Part shown: piece after piece, positions 29,349-38,932 of the stretch
How positions within the stretch are numbered: position 1 is the first letter of the stretch
How the letters are laid out: every line of letters starts with the position of its first letter
From: Bacteroides sp.
GTDB lineage: Bacteria; Bacteroidota; Bacteroidia; Bacteroidales; Muribaculaceae
Assembly: GCA_014801945.1 (NCBI GenBank)
Contig: JAAVDF010000016.1
Coordinates: forward strand, 5,857-69,856
Length of the DNA: 64,000 nt
Reading direction: 5' to 3'
Translations under genes and position numbers: made by a program
Notes under the pieces: generated by a model
Database searches by the model: none
What the model was told of the DNA's origin: nothing
The model's input: the letters and a program-made list of their open reading frames with translations, nothing else

Positions 29349-30617
29349 TTATTCAGTAGCGGGGGTTACGGTAAGAGTTGCCGGATCTGATGTGGTATCA
29401 AGCGTAAATGTGATCTTTCCACCTGTCCAGTTGAATGTCCAGCAGCCTTCACCTGTAGCGCACTTGTAAGCATCTCCAAGAGTCATCGTGAGGTCTGCGC
29501 CACCATTGTCCGAGGCATAAGGAGTGGCTCCCCAGCCGGTGAGTTCGGGATATACACGGAAGTAGAGATCACCGGCTGCAATATCAAACGTATTGCTGTA
29601 GATGCCTGATCCGCTGTTGTCTATAAGACGCCAGTTGTCATATACTGACTGACTTGCCTCACTGGGTTCAGCCCATCCAGCCATAGAGCCGACGAGATAA
29701 ACGTAGCTTTCCTTGACATACTTACCTTCCTTGACAGTGATGACAGGATTTTCGCTGTCAGTGAGATTAATTTCAAATGTCACGTCGCCACCGGCCCAAG
29801 TCTCCGGAGTAGTCCAGTTGTCCTGAGTGAATGTGATCTCAGGGAGTGTGATTGCGGTTGAAGTGATATTGACCACTGCCTCGTTGGTTGCAGGACCATA
29901 GGATGTGCCTCCCCAGCCTTCAAGTTCGGTATATAGACGGAACCACTGCTTGCCGGCAGGGATGTTGACAGAACCGATATAGAGATTTGTTCCTACGCCC
30001 GTCTCTTCAAAGCTCCATTCCTCGTAGAAAACGGCGTTTGCTTCTGACGGTTCAACCCAACTCGGAGATCCGACATAGTAAATATGTCCGGGCAGCGGAG
30101 AGAATGGATTGTAAAGCTGCACGGCATCAAGCACGATGTTGTTGGATACACATAGGCTTGAGGATACATCGGTAATCCATGCGTGGGCACGCATAGTCAG
30201 TTTGACAGGCGCGATACCCTCTTCAGGATATTTTGCATAGGTTTTGATGCCCATCATCTCACAGATAGTTTTGTCGAGTGTCTTGGCATCAAGCATAATT
30301 TTAGCCTGTGTGGGCTGGGTCGGGGTGATTGTGACGTAGTTTGCCTCGGTATCTTCTGTAGCTTCAATGAAGTCGTCAGCAAGCGTGACATCGACAGAGT
30401 AGTTGGTGACGGTTGCGATACCGTAGTCGGGCTGTGATGTCGTAAGTTCTACTTCACCTCCGTTTTCAAGTACATAAAGCTGATTGGCCAGCGGAGGAGT
30501 GTTGAGGACAAAAGTTGCAGGGTCGGGAGCGTAGTAAACCGGTTCTTTATCTGCTTCACATGAGGTGAAAGTCAGAGCACCGACTGCAAGAGATGCTAAA
30601 ATATATAATTTTTTCAT
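29349..30617 (-). CDS. SusE-like surface lipoprotein with two tandem homologous domains
   Basis: Lipobox FTSC; SusE-type N-terminus (FVLNTP..SQPDYG..NYSVDV); repeated YxVGS..W.EPSEA..FR.Y.EL.GWG. Confidence 0.8.
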   Translation of the reverse strand: MKKLYILASLAVGALTFTSCEADKEPVYYAPDPATFVLNTPPLANQLYVLENGGEVELTTSQPDYGIATVTNYSVDVTLADDFIEATEDTEANYVTITPTQPTQAKIMLDAKTLDKTICEMMGIKTYAKYPEEGIAPVKLTMRAHAWITDVSSSLCVSNNIVLDAVQLYNPFSPLPGHIYYVGSPSWVEPSEANAVFYEEWSFEETGVGTNLYIGSVNIPAGKQWFRLYTELEGWGGTSYGPATNEAVVNITSTAITLPEITFTQDNWTTPETWAGGDVTFEINLTDSENPVITVKEGKYVKESYVYLVGSMAGWAEPSEASQSVYDNWRLIDNSGSGIYSNTFDIAAGDLYFRVYPELTGWGATPYASDNGGADLTMTLGDAYKCATGEGCWTFNWTGGKITFTLDTTSDPATLTVTPATE

Positions 30618-30639
30618 TGTTTGGAATCAGATTAGAATA

Positions 30640-32184
30640 TTAGTATCCGGGATTCTGACCGAGAGTCGGGATGAACTGTGTCGGGATAGCGTAAAGGTTA
30701 CGGGTGACGGGAGTTGAAGCACCCTTGGCATCATTACCTTTCCATGACCAGTTGTAAGCTGAACCTGCGAACTTGCCGAAGCGGATGAGGTCTGAACGAC
30801 GATGACCCTCCCAGTAAAGTTCGCACATGCGTTCACGAAGGATATTGTCGGCAGAAAGTGTGCTCACGTCATTAAGGCCTGCACGCTGACGTACGCGGTT
30901 CATGAGTTCAAGACCGTTGCATCCGGTAGCTCCGTGAAGCTCACATTCGGCAAGCATGAGATATGTGTCGGCAAGACGGAAAAGAGGGTAGTCGGTAGGA
31001 TTAAAGACCGTGTTGCAGTAAGGATCGTCCTGTAACTCGTTATAATAGTCTGTTTCCGGAGTATAGACGAATTTTGTACACATGTAGCCTTGATTCTTAT
31101 CACCGAGGTCGAGGATCTGTTCGGTGTAATCACCCTCGTAGATAAGTCTGCGCTGGTCATTTGCCACGAGTGCCTGCGAAAGTTCCTCACGTACACGGGG
31201 ACCTTCCCATCCGGACACAGCTACACCAAGAGTCTTGAGCAGATCTGAATCGCCACGGTAGCTACCGCCTGAGAGGTAGGTTGTGCCTCCATAGGTAGTG
31301 AGTGTGGTGGCATCCTGAGGAATAGCCCACAGGATCTCACCGTTGCCTACATACTTGTCATTTGTAGCACAGAAAAGATATTTGTAGGTAGGAGCGAGGG
31401 TATCGATGGTCTTACGGATCTCGTTGCATGCGTTGGCACATTCTTGCCAGCGGGCCACTCCGGTATATACTTCCGAGTTGAGGTAGAGTTTGGCGAGGAG
31501 CATATAACCGGCTTCGCGCGAAACACGGCCGTAGATCTGCTGTGATGCGGGTACGAGACTGGGGATGGCATCGGCAAGGTCGGCAACGACAGCATCGAAG
31601 AGTTGAGTACGGTCATAGGTAGGAGGAGTCGCACCAACAGTAGATGCTTCAGTTGTCCACGGGCCGCGACCGAAGATGTCAATCATGTGATAGTAAGAGA
31701 GTGCGCGGAGCGTGCGTGCTTCGGCTGCAAGAGTCTCTTTACTGAGATTTCCGTCGGTTGGAAGCAGGTTGCCGAAGGTATTGATGTCGCGGAGGAACTG
31801 ATTGACAATGGCGATCTGATAATTGAAACGGGAGAAACACTCGTAGAGCCAGTGGTTGTCAGTTGACCATGTCGAAAAGACGAGTTCGTTGAGACCTGCG
31901 TCACCCCAGTTTGAGCCGATAAGAGTCTCGTCCGTGCAGAGTTCCTGAAGATTCCAGAACTGACGGCTATAGACACCTGCACCACCGTCGTCAACAGTGA
32001 TGCCACCTTCAAACACAAGACCGCCGTAAATACCGGCAAGTTCGCCGTAAAGCTCATCGGCACTCGTGATTTCAGTCTTTGTCGTAGGATTCTCAGGCAT
32101 AATGTCAAGGTCGCCGACGCAGCTGACAGATGCGGTCGAAGCGATGGCGATTGCGCCGAGAACAATGTATTTTGATAATTTCAT
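30640..32184 (-). CDS. susD: SusD/RagB family lipoprotein (alpha-glucan type)
   Basis: Lipobox SVSC; EARTLRALSYY, LAKLYLN, FRLADTYL, ERMCELYWEGHRRSDLIRFG and QNPGY motifs. Confidence 0.93.
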   Translation of the reverse strand: MKLSKYIVLGAIAIASTASVSCVGDLDIMPENPTTKTEITSADELYGELAGIYGGLVFEGGITVDDGGAGVYSRQFWNLQELCTDETLIGSNWGDAGLNELVFSTWSTDNHWLYECFSRFNYQIAIVNQFLRDINTFGNLLPTDGNLSKETLAAEARTLRALSYYHMIDIFGRGPWTTEASTVGATPPTYDRTQLFDAVVADLADAIPSLVPASQQIYGRVSREAGYMLLAKLYLNSEVYTGVARWQECANACNEIRKTIDTLAPTYKYLFCATNDKYVGNGEILWAIPQDATTLTTYGGTTYLSGGSYRGDSDLLKTLGVAVSGWEGPRVREELSQALVANDQRRLIYEGDYTEQILDLGDKNQGYMCTKFVYTPETDYYNELQDDPYCNTVFNPTDYPLFRLADTYLMLAECELHGATGCNGLELMNRVRQRAGLNDVSTLSADNILRERMCELYWEGHRRSDLIRFGKFAGSAYNWSWKGNDAKGASTPVTRNLYAIPTQFIPTLGQNPGY

Positions 32185-32218
32185 ATAGATTCTTCTGAAT
32201 AAAAGGATAATGAATTAC

Positions 32219-35200
32219 TTAGAATGAAGCCACTATGCCGAATGATACGGTAAGGGGATGGGGATAGACATTGTTGTCGATACCTGAGAAAATTTCCGGA
32301 TCAAGACCTTTGTATTTTGTGATCACGAACGGATTCTGCACTGCACCATAAAGGCGGAGTCGGAGATTATCCTTCAGAAGATTCTCCCAAGTGTAGCCGA
32401 GAGTGATGTTGTCGCAGCGGAGGAACGATGCATTCTGTACGAAGTAGCTGCTACATGCGAGTTCGTTTGTGGTCTTGTTGAAAAGGAATGAGGTGTTGTT
32501 GAGGTTTGAAAGGGGAAGTGAGTTGTTGACCTCTTTCACTGATGTGCTTGCCTGAGCGTCGTTATATACCCAGTTGCCGAGGCTTGCACGGAGAGTGATA
32601 CCGAAATCCCAATTTTTGTAATTGAAGGTATTGCTCCAGTTCATCGTTACCTTTGGATCTCTGCTGTGATAGATGATCTTGTCAGCGGCATTGATCTCAC
32701 CGTCGCCGTTCTGATCGACGAACACTCCTTCGAGCGGATTGCCGTTTGCGTCATAGACCTGCTCATAGACATAGAAGCTGAACGCTGATTTGCCTACCTG
32801 ATGCTTCTGGATCTTATTGCCAGTACCGAGAGAGATACCAGAGTCATCTACCACTGTGTCCGCACCGTCGGCGAGATATGTGATCTTGTTCTTGTTCCAA
32901 GCCACATTGAAAGCGGAAGTCCAGCGGAAATCATTGGTGACGATGGGGCGGGCGGTTACATTGAACTCAATACCGATATTTTCGAGGTCGCCGAGGTTCA
33001 TAGGACCTGCGTTGGAGATATTTGAGCCTGCGGGGTAGGGTGATTTGGTGAGAAGATCCTTGGTCTTGCGCTGGTAGAAATCAAGGCTACCGAGGATACG
33101 GTTGTTGAGGAATCCGAAATCAACACCGGCATTCCATGTGTGGGTTTCCTCCCATTTGAGGTCAGCGTTGTAGGACTGTGCATAGAAGGGATATGTGTTC
33201 TGTCCCTGACCTGTCACTGAAGGATAGACAGCACCGCCACCGGTCCACTGGATATAGACGGGGAGATAGGGGAAGAGATAGTCATCACCGAGATCCTGCT
33301 GACCTGTGACACCGTAGCCGGCACGGAGTTTGAGTTCGTTCATGAATCCGCGTGCACCTTCCATAAAGTTTTCTTCGAGAAGCTTCCATCCGAGAGCTAC
33401 AGAGGGGAATGTACCCCAGCGGTTATCTTTCGAGAATCGTGAGGTACCGTCACGACGTACGGTTGCAGTGATGAGGTACTTGTTGAGAAGAGTGTAGTTG
33501 ACACGTCCGAAGAACGACACGAGCTGATGAGGCTGGATGGTATAGTTGGTAGGATTGGCCTGATTGCCGAGGAACTTCTCATTGGCGGGGTCAACAACTT
33601 CAAACACGCGGCTGTAGTCACGCTTCTTGTTGTGGAATTTCTGCCAAGAATAACCGGCGGTGACATCAAGGGTCGAGAAATCACCGAAAGAGTGGTTGTA
33701 GTTGAGGTAGAAATCGAGAAGGAGGTTTACTCGTGTCTGGAATTCATAGAAACGGCTTACACCACCGTCCTTGATATTCTTGAGGTTGCCGTTGTCGAGA
33801 ACAGAGTAGCCAGTGTTCCAAGCGGCAGGAGTGTTGACGAAGGGATTAGAGTAGTTTTCGCCGTGCTGATAGTCATAACCGAGGTTAAGGTTTGCGCGGA
33901 GGTCGGTGAGGAAAGGCATCTTGAGGTCAATCTGGAGATTACCTACTGACTGGTAAGCCTTGCCTTTGGAGATTTTTGCTGCATTGTCAGCGATAGGGTT
34001 GAGAGGAGAAGTAGTGGAGTCGATTGTTGAACCGATTGCGTCAGGACCGGCAAGGATACCGCCATTGACGTATGAGGTATAGTAACCGAAGAGGGGAGAA
34101 CCGTTGGGATCGATGACGGGGAGTGTGGGGTTCATGCTCGATGAAGCGCGCATGGTGTTACTGCCATAAGTGTTGGTGATATATGCACCCTTCACATTGG
34201 CATTTACCGAAAGAAGATTGTCAAAGAACTTCGGTGTGAGGTTGAGCGAAGCGGTGACGCGGTCCATGTCGGTGTTTTTGATGATACCGTTGTTGTCGGT
34301 ATATGAAACCGCTACGCGATAGGGGAGCCATTTGTATGTGCCGCCTACGCTGAGAGTGTAGTCAGAGGAGAATGTGGTGCGTGTAAGTGCCTTCTGCCAG
34401 TCGGTATCATAACTTCCAAGCTGACCTGCCTGAGCTGAATCTTTGCCGTAGCTATCGAGGATAAAATCGCGGAACTGCGATGTTGACATCATGTCCAGAT
34501 AGTTGCGCGTGGTGTTGATGTAACCGTTCATGGTGAAGTTGACCTGCGGTTTGCCACTTGCGCCGGATTTTGTGGTGATGATGATGACACCGTTTGATGC
34601 ACGGCTACCGTAGATGGCTGTTGCCGAGGCATCTTTAAGAATTGTCATTGATTCAACATTGTCAGGCGATACGAGAGCGAGGGGGTTGGAAGAACCGACA
34701 ACACCTTTTGTGTCCATCGGTACACCGTCGATCACGATAAGGGGTGCATTGGATGCTGCGAGCGAGGCTCCGCCGCGGATCTGGATATCTGCACCGCCTG
34801 AAGGGTTACCGGATGTAGTCACGACAACACCGGGGCTTGCGCCTACGAGGAGGTCCTGAGCTGATGTCGCAAGTCCTGCTTCGATTTCCGAAGGCTTGAT
34901 AGTTGCCACAGAACCTGTCGCATCGCTTTTCTTTACTGTACCGTAACCGATGGCTACGACCTCGCCGAGGAGGACTGAGTTTTCATGGAGTGTGACGTTG
35001 ATCTCTGTACGGCCGTTGATGGCGATTTCCTGAGTCTCATAACCGACGTAAGAGACGAGGAGAGTGCCATTGGACGGCGCGGAGATTGAGAAGTTTCCGT
35101 CGAAATCGGTGGCTGTGCCGAGGGTTTCGCCCTGTACCACAACACTTGCGCCGATCAGAGGTTCGCCCTCTTTGTCAACTACAGTACCCTTGACTGTAAT

Positions 35201-35290
35201 CGTCTGCGCGAAAGCGGGGAAAGCTGCACACAGAGCCATGAAGGCTACCAGCCAGACTTTCCGAGTCATTTGAAAACAAATGTTCTTCAT
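32219..35290 (-). CDS. susC: SusC/RagA TonB-dependent transporter
   Basis: VVAIGYGT and PLIVIDG..LKDASATAIYGSRASNGVIIITTK plug motifs; terminal Phe. Start set at ATG 35290. Confidence 0.96.
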   Translation of the reverse strand: MKNICFQMTRKVWLVAFMALCAAFPAFAQTITVKGTVVDKEGEPLIGASVVVQGETLGTATDFDGNFSISAPSNGTLLVSYVGYETQEIAINGRTEINVTLHENSVLLGEVVAIGYGTVKKSDATGSVATIKPSEIEAGLATSAQDLLVGASPGVVVTTSGNPSGGADIQIRGGASLAASNAPLIVIDGVPMDTKGVVGSSNPLALVSPDNVESMTILKDASATAIYGSRASNGVIIITTKSGASGKPQVNFTMNGYINTTRNYLDMMSTSQFRDFILDSYGKDSAQAGQLGSYDTDWQKALTRTTFSSDYTLSVGGTYKWLPYRVAVSYTDNNGIIKNTDMDRVTASLNLTPKFFDNLLSVNANVKGAYITNTYGSNTMRASSSMNPTLPVIDPNGSPLFGYYTSYVNGGILAGPDAIGSTIDSTTSPLNPIADNAAKISKGKAYQSVGNLQIDLKMPFLTDLRANLNLGYDYQHGENYSNPFVNTPAAWNTGYSVLDNGNLKNIKDGGVSRFYEFQTRVNLLLDFYLNYNHSFGDFSTLDVTAGYSWQKFHNKKRDYSRVFEVVDPANEKFLGNQANPTNYTIQPHQLVSFFGRVNYTLLNKYLITATVRRDGTSRFSKDNRWGTFPSVALGWKLLEENFMEGARGFMNELKLRAGYGVTGQQDLGDDYLFPYLPVYIQWTGGGAVYPSVTGQGQNTYPFYAQSYNADLKWEETHTWNAGVDFGFLNNRILGSLDFYQRKTKDLLTKSPYPAGSNISNAGPMNLGDLENIGIEFNVTARPIVTNDFRWTSAFNVAWNKNKITYLADGADTVVDDSGISLGTGNKIQKHQVGKSAFSFYVYEQVYDANGNPLEGVFVDQNGDGEINAADKIIYHSRDPKVTMNWSNTFNYKNWDFGITLRASLGNWVYNDAQASTSVKEVNNSLPLSNLNNTSFLFNKTTNELACSSYFVQNASFLRCDNITLGYTWENLLKDNLRLRLYGAVQNPFVITKYKGLDPEIFSGIDNNVYPHPLTVSFGIVASF

Positions 35291-35757
35291 GCACGAAATG
35301 TTTAGAAAATTTAGTAAATATGATATTCTCAAAAATAATGTTCCTTAAAAAATGCGATTCAGGTGTGCCATTGCACATACACGTGAGGAGTCTGACTGTG
35401 CTTCTGAAAGGGGGGTGAGGAGGCGCAGCGGAGCAGGAGCGGGGAAAGAAATCCGGGAGAAACACGGTTTGACACGTCTAACGATCCGCATGGTGACCGG
35501 ATCTGTGGTCAGGATAGATGACTCATTGCTGAATGACTACGGTGGAGGCAGGATGTGAATGACGATAATTACTGAAGCATCTTAAAACATGCTGCAGCTC
35601 TGCCTGAAGGTAAAAATCTCTACAAAAAGTGTACTGATAAATGTTCCCTTATTTCAATCTCTGTTCTCTACGATCTGCGGGCTTTCAAAACCCTCAGTCA
35701 ATGGAAAGGTATTGATGAATTTCACTCTTGGACCTATGCCGTGAGTTAAATCCGCGA

Positions 35758-35789
35758 CAAATGTAAAGATTAATTTTGTTTTATTCAAA
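35758..35789 (-). promoter_or_regulatory. Sigma-A promoter of the sus cluster (-33 TTTG, 20 nt, -7 TACATTTG)
   Basis: Both Bacteroidetes elements at canonical spacing, ~460 nt upstream of the susC start. Confidence 0.65.
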
Positions 35790-35810
35790 CAGTTTTGGAG
35801 AAAATATCCC

Positions 35811-35832
35811 AAATGTGTTAAAGAACATATAA
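35811..35832. promoter_or_regulatory. Putative Cur/BT4338 (MalR) binding site
   Basis: aaa-TGTGTT-aaag-AACATA-taa vs wwwTATGTTnTAnAACATAwww, centred about 70 nt upstream of the predicted TSS. Confidence 0.55.
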
Positions 35833-35863
35833 ATTGCCGGCCTCGGCCTCGGATTGCCGCTGT

Positions 35864-36610
35864 TCAGCGGTTGACGGGCCATGGATATGAGTGGAGTTTC
35901 CTTATGAGTTCGCGTTCGCGGCCTCCGCAGTAGCGGTCGCAGAGGGCATGGAATGTAGGAGTGTGGCCCGGCTCTGTCAGATGGGCAAGTTCATGGTAGA
36001 TTATGTAGTCACGGAGTTCAGGCGTAAGGAATACGTTGAGATACGACAGACGTATGCGCCGCTGACGTGGATAACATGTGCCGAGCACGCTTGTGCCGTG
36101 GGCCGTCTCCCATTTATCGACTCTAAGTCCGAGACGTGAGGCTATGAGGCGTGCGCGTGGGATGATGATGCGCGGGGCAAGGTTGCGTCCTGCGAGTTTT
36201 ACTGTATGGTCGAGCCGTTCCTGAACGGCGGGATCGCGGAAGTCAGTCTTTGGGCTTACGAGGAGATTGAAGCGGAGATGATTGCCTTCCGTCGATGTTG
36301 TGACAAGTGGTTTTGAGTCAATGCGCGGGTCGGTCATGATGGCTATGGCGAATGTCGGATCGGTTTCCGTTACATTTGCACCCGGAATGTCGATCACAAG
36401 GCCGTCATGATAACGCGGAGCGGGACGGATGGCTTCGAAATCGCTTATGTGGCGGTCAATTGCAGCGGAGATCTGCGACCGCGTCAGTCCGGCGGGCACG
36501 TTGACGCGCAGTTGTCCGTTCGTCCAGCGTGCCGACAGTTTTTGCGAACCTCTGCGCTCCACTATCGTCACCGGTCCGAGAAGCGGATGGTCAAAACTGA
36601 GAGTTGCCAT
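35864..36610 (-). CDS. YgjP/SprT-like (DUF45) zinc metallohydrolase
   Basis: DYIIYHELAHL.EPGH..FH motif. Confidence 0.85.
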   Translation of the reverse strand: MATLSFDHPLLGPVTIVERRGSQKLSARWTNGQLRVNVPAGLTRSQISAAIDRHISDFEAIRPAPRYHDGLVIDIPGANVTETDPTFAIAIMTDPRIDSKPLVTTSTEGNHLRFNLLVSPKTDFRDPAVQERLDHTVKLAGRNLAPRIIIPRARLIASRLGLRVDKWETAHGTSVLGTCYPRQRRIRLSYLNVFLTPELRDYIIYHELAHLTEPGHTPTFHALCDRYCGGRERELIRKLHSYPWPVNR

Positions 36611-36630
36611 GCGTGGAGTTCGGGTGGTGA

Positions 36631-37521
36631 TTATTCGTCGCGTTTTGAGATGCCCCAGAGAAGTTTCTCGCGCAGAATTTCGATGAAGTTATGGTTGGGT
36701 GTATGGACGATCTTGGTGACGAAAGGCGCGCGACGGAGGCGCAGCCCGACGTTGATCGGGAGTATCAGCGAGCGTCCGTCGAGGGTGACGCGGTAAGTGT
36801 CGGTGCGCGATTCGACGGTTATGTCGATGACATGGCTGTCGGCCACCACGAGCGGACGCATGGTGAGCGAGTGGGGGGCGATGGGACTAAGGACCCAGCA
36901 GGGTGCCGTGGGCTGTACGATAGGGCCTCCGACTGAAAGATTGTAGGCCGTCGAACCGGTCGGGGTGCTGACGATGAGGCCGTCGCCCTGATAGGAGGCC
37001 ACGGGCATACCGTCGAGATTGGCATTGACGGTTATCATGGATGCGGTGTCCTGACGGAGTATGGCGATCTCGTTAAGTGCGAATCCCCAGCCCGACACTC
37101 CGGCTTTTACCTTTCCTCCTGTCCCTTTGCCTTCGAGAAGCGAGCGCGACTCGACAATGTAGTCACCGTTGAGGAGGCGTTCGACCATCCGTGGAGCGTC
37201 GGCGATGGACTGCTCGGCAAGGAAGCCGAGATGACCCGTGTTGAAACCGATGATCGGAATTTCCTTTGCTGCCACGCGGCGCGCCGTCCGGAGGAAAGTG
37301 CCGTCGCCTCCGATGCTGAAACAGAAGTCGGCTGAGAAATCATCGCCCTCAAACACATCGTCGGCTTGGAGGGGAGTGCCTGCGGCCTGCGACATAGCCT
37401 CGAAAAATCGACGGTCGATGCTGACGAATATATCAAGCTTTGCAAGGCAGTCGGTCAGGGCGATTATGTGGCGCAGGTCGTCGGGGTTCTGACGGCGTTT
37501 GCCGAAGATGGCTATTTTCAT
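36631..37521 (-). CDS. nadK: NAD+ kinase
   Basis: GGDGT, GHLGFL, LNE and DGLIVSTPTGSTAYNLSVGGP motifs. Confidence 0.96.
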   Translation of the reverse strand: MKIAIFGKRRQNPDDLRHIIALTDCLAKLDIFVSIDRRFFEAMSQAAGTPLQADDVFEGDDFSADFCFSIGGDGTFLRTARRVAAKEIPIIGFNTGHLGFLAEQSIADAPRMVERLLNGDYIVESRSLLEGKGTGGKVKAGVSGWGFALNEIAILRQDTASMITVNANLDGMPVASYQGDGLIVSTPTGSTAYNLSVGGPIVQPTAPCWVLSPIAPHSLTMRPLVVADSHVIDITVESRTDTYRVTLDGRSLILPINVGLRLRRAPFVTKIVHTPNHNFIEILREKLLWGISKRDE

Positions 37522-37622
37522 GAGCGGTTCTCTGTTGGGGGTAGGGGGATGACTGGTGGAAATGTGAATGGTGTATATGACGTGGAGTGAGAGGGCGCGA
37601 TGCGGAGATCCGGGTGGAGTGG

Positions 37623-38006
37623 TCAGAGTCCGAGATAGCGCATCAGTTCGTCGTAACGGTCGCGCATGAGTGAATCGTCGGCCAAAGGTGACCCTTCGGC
37701 GTCGATGACTTCGTAGCCGTAGCGTTCGAGCGAACGGCTGACTGATTCGGGATTGCGGTGGCTCACACGCAGCTCTGCTATGATGCGGCTGTCGGCCTCG
37801 CTGTCGGCCGTGACGTTCAGGTTAAGTATGTGTGCGTCGCAGTCCTCCACCGCACGAGCGATACGCGACGCGCTGTAGTCGCCGCGTCTGCAGGCAAGCA
37901 AAAGAGTACTGCTTTCCTCGACGAGAGGGAAGAGGTGGCCGAGACGGGCCTCTGGTGAGACCGTAATCGCGGGATTTTGGACAGATATGTCGTCTTTTCG
38001 GAGCAA
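37623..38006 (-). CDS. Small ACT-like domain protein (resembles the C-terminus of the CBS-ACT protein usually upstream of nadK)
   Basis: DYSASRIARAVE..AHIL..SLERYGYEV..DRYDELMRYL; TTG start. Confidence 0.65.
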   Translation of the reverse strand: MLRKDDISVQNPAITVSPEARLGHLFPLVEESSTLLLACRRGDYSASRIARAVEDCDAHILNLNVTADSEADSRIIAELRVSHRNPESVSRSLERYGYEVIDAEGSPLADDSLMRDRYDELMRYLGL

Positions 38007-38140
38007 AATATTTCGATGTTTTAGTTTTTCTGCCTAATTTTGCAATCACAAACTTGTCGGGAATTGTGATACAAAATTAATAATAATACTTTATATATAG
38101 AACCACTCACCCCGACAAAAAGATTTCATCCAGAGGAAAA

Positions 38141-38854
38141 ATGACAAATCTAAGTGTAAATATCAATAAGATAGCTACTTTGCGCAATGCGCGAGGTGAA
38201 AACGTCCCGGATCTGCTTAAAGTGGCCGCCGACTGCGAGGCTTTCGGTGCGGACGGAATCACGGTTCATCCCCGTCCGGACGAGCGTCACATACGCCGTG
38301 ACGACGTCTATCGTCTGCGTCCGCTCGTCAAGACAGAGTTCAACATCGAGGGCTATCCGTCGCCTGAATTTATGAAGCTCGTGCTGCAGGTCAAGCCTGA
38401 GCAGGTGACACTGGTTCCCGATGCTCCGGGTGCGATCACGTCCAATGCCGGATGGAATGTCGGTGAGAACATGGATTTCCTGAGTTCGATTGTCGATCGT
38501 CTCCGCGAGGCCGGAATCCGCTCGTCGATTTTTGTCGGGACAGATATTGAGAATATTCAGCTTGCCGCACGTGCCGGAGCTGACCGCGTGGAGCTTTTTA
38601 CAAAGCCCTACGCCGATCTTTACCCGAAAGATCCGGAGCAGGCGGTGGCTCCCTTTGTCAAGGCTGCTCAGGCTGCCTTCTCGGCCGGTCTCGGTGTGAA
38701 TGCCGGCCATGATCTCAGCCTTGTCAACCTGAAATTTTTCCATGAGAGAATCCCGCGTCTCAGCGAGGTGTCCATCGGTCACGCGCTCATCTGCGACGCG
38801 CTCTATCTCGGTCTCGAAAAGACCATCAAAGAGTACAAGGCTTGCCTTAAATAA
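38141..38854 (+). CDS. pdxJ: Pyridoxine 5'-phosphate synthase
   Basis: [34 protein letters not shown] and EVSIGH motifs. Confidence 0.97.
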   Translation: MTNLSVNINKIATLRNARGENVPDLLKVAADCEAFGADGITVHPRPDERHIRRDDVYRLRPLVKTEFNIEGYPSPEFMKLVLQVKPEQVTLVPDAPGAITSNAGWNVGENMDFLSSIVDRLREAGIRSSIFVGTDIENIQLAARAGADRVELFTKPYADLYPKDPEQAVAPFVKAAQAAFSAGLGVNAGHDLSLVNLKFFHERIPRLSEVSIGHALICDALYLGLEKTIKEYKACLK

Positions 38855-38932
38855 CGGGATTTAAGGTCGAGGATTTAAAAGTTTAAAGGCCGGTCGGTCC
38901 GGCAAAACCACATTATCAATTAAACTAAAGAG

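Noticed and set aside
38856-38890. ggatttaa..aaaagtttaaa as a fourth heptamer-arm element
   Set aside because: Too short, with no inverted arm or junction motif.
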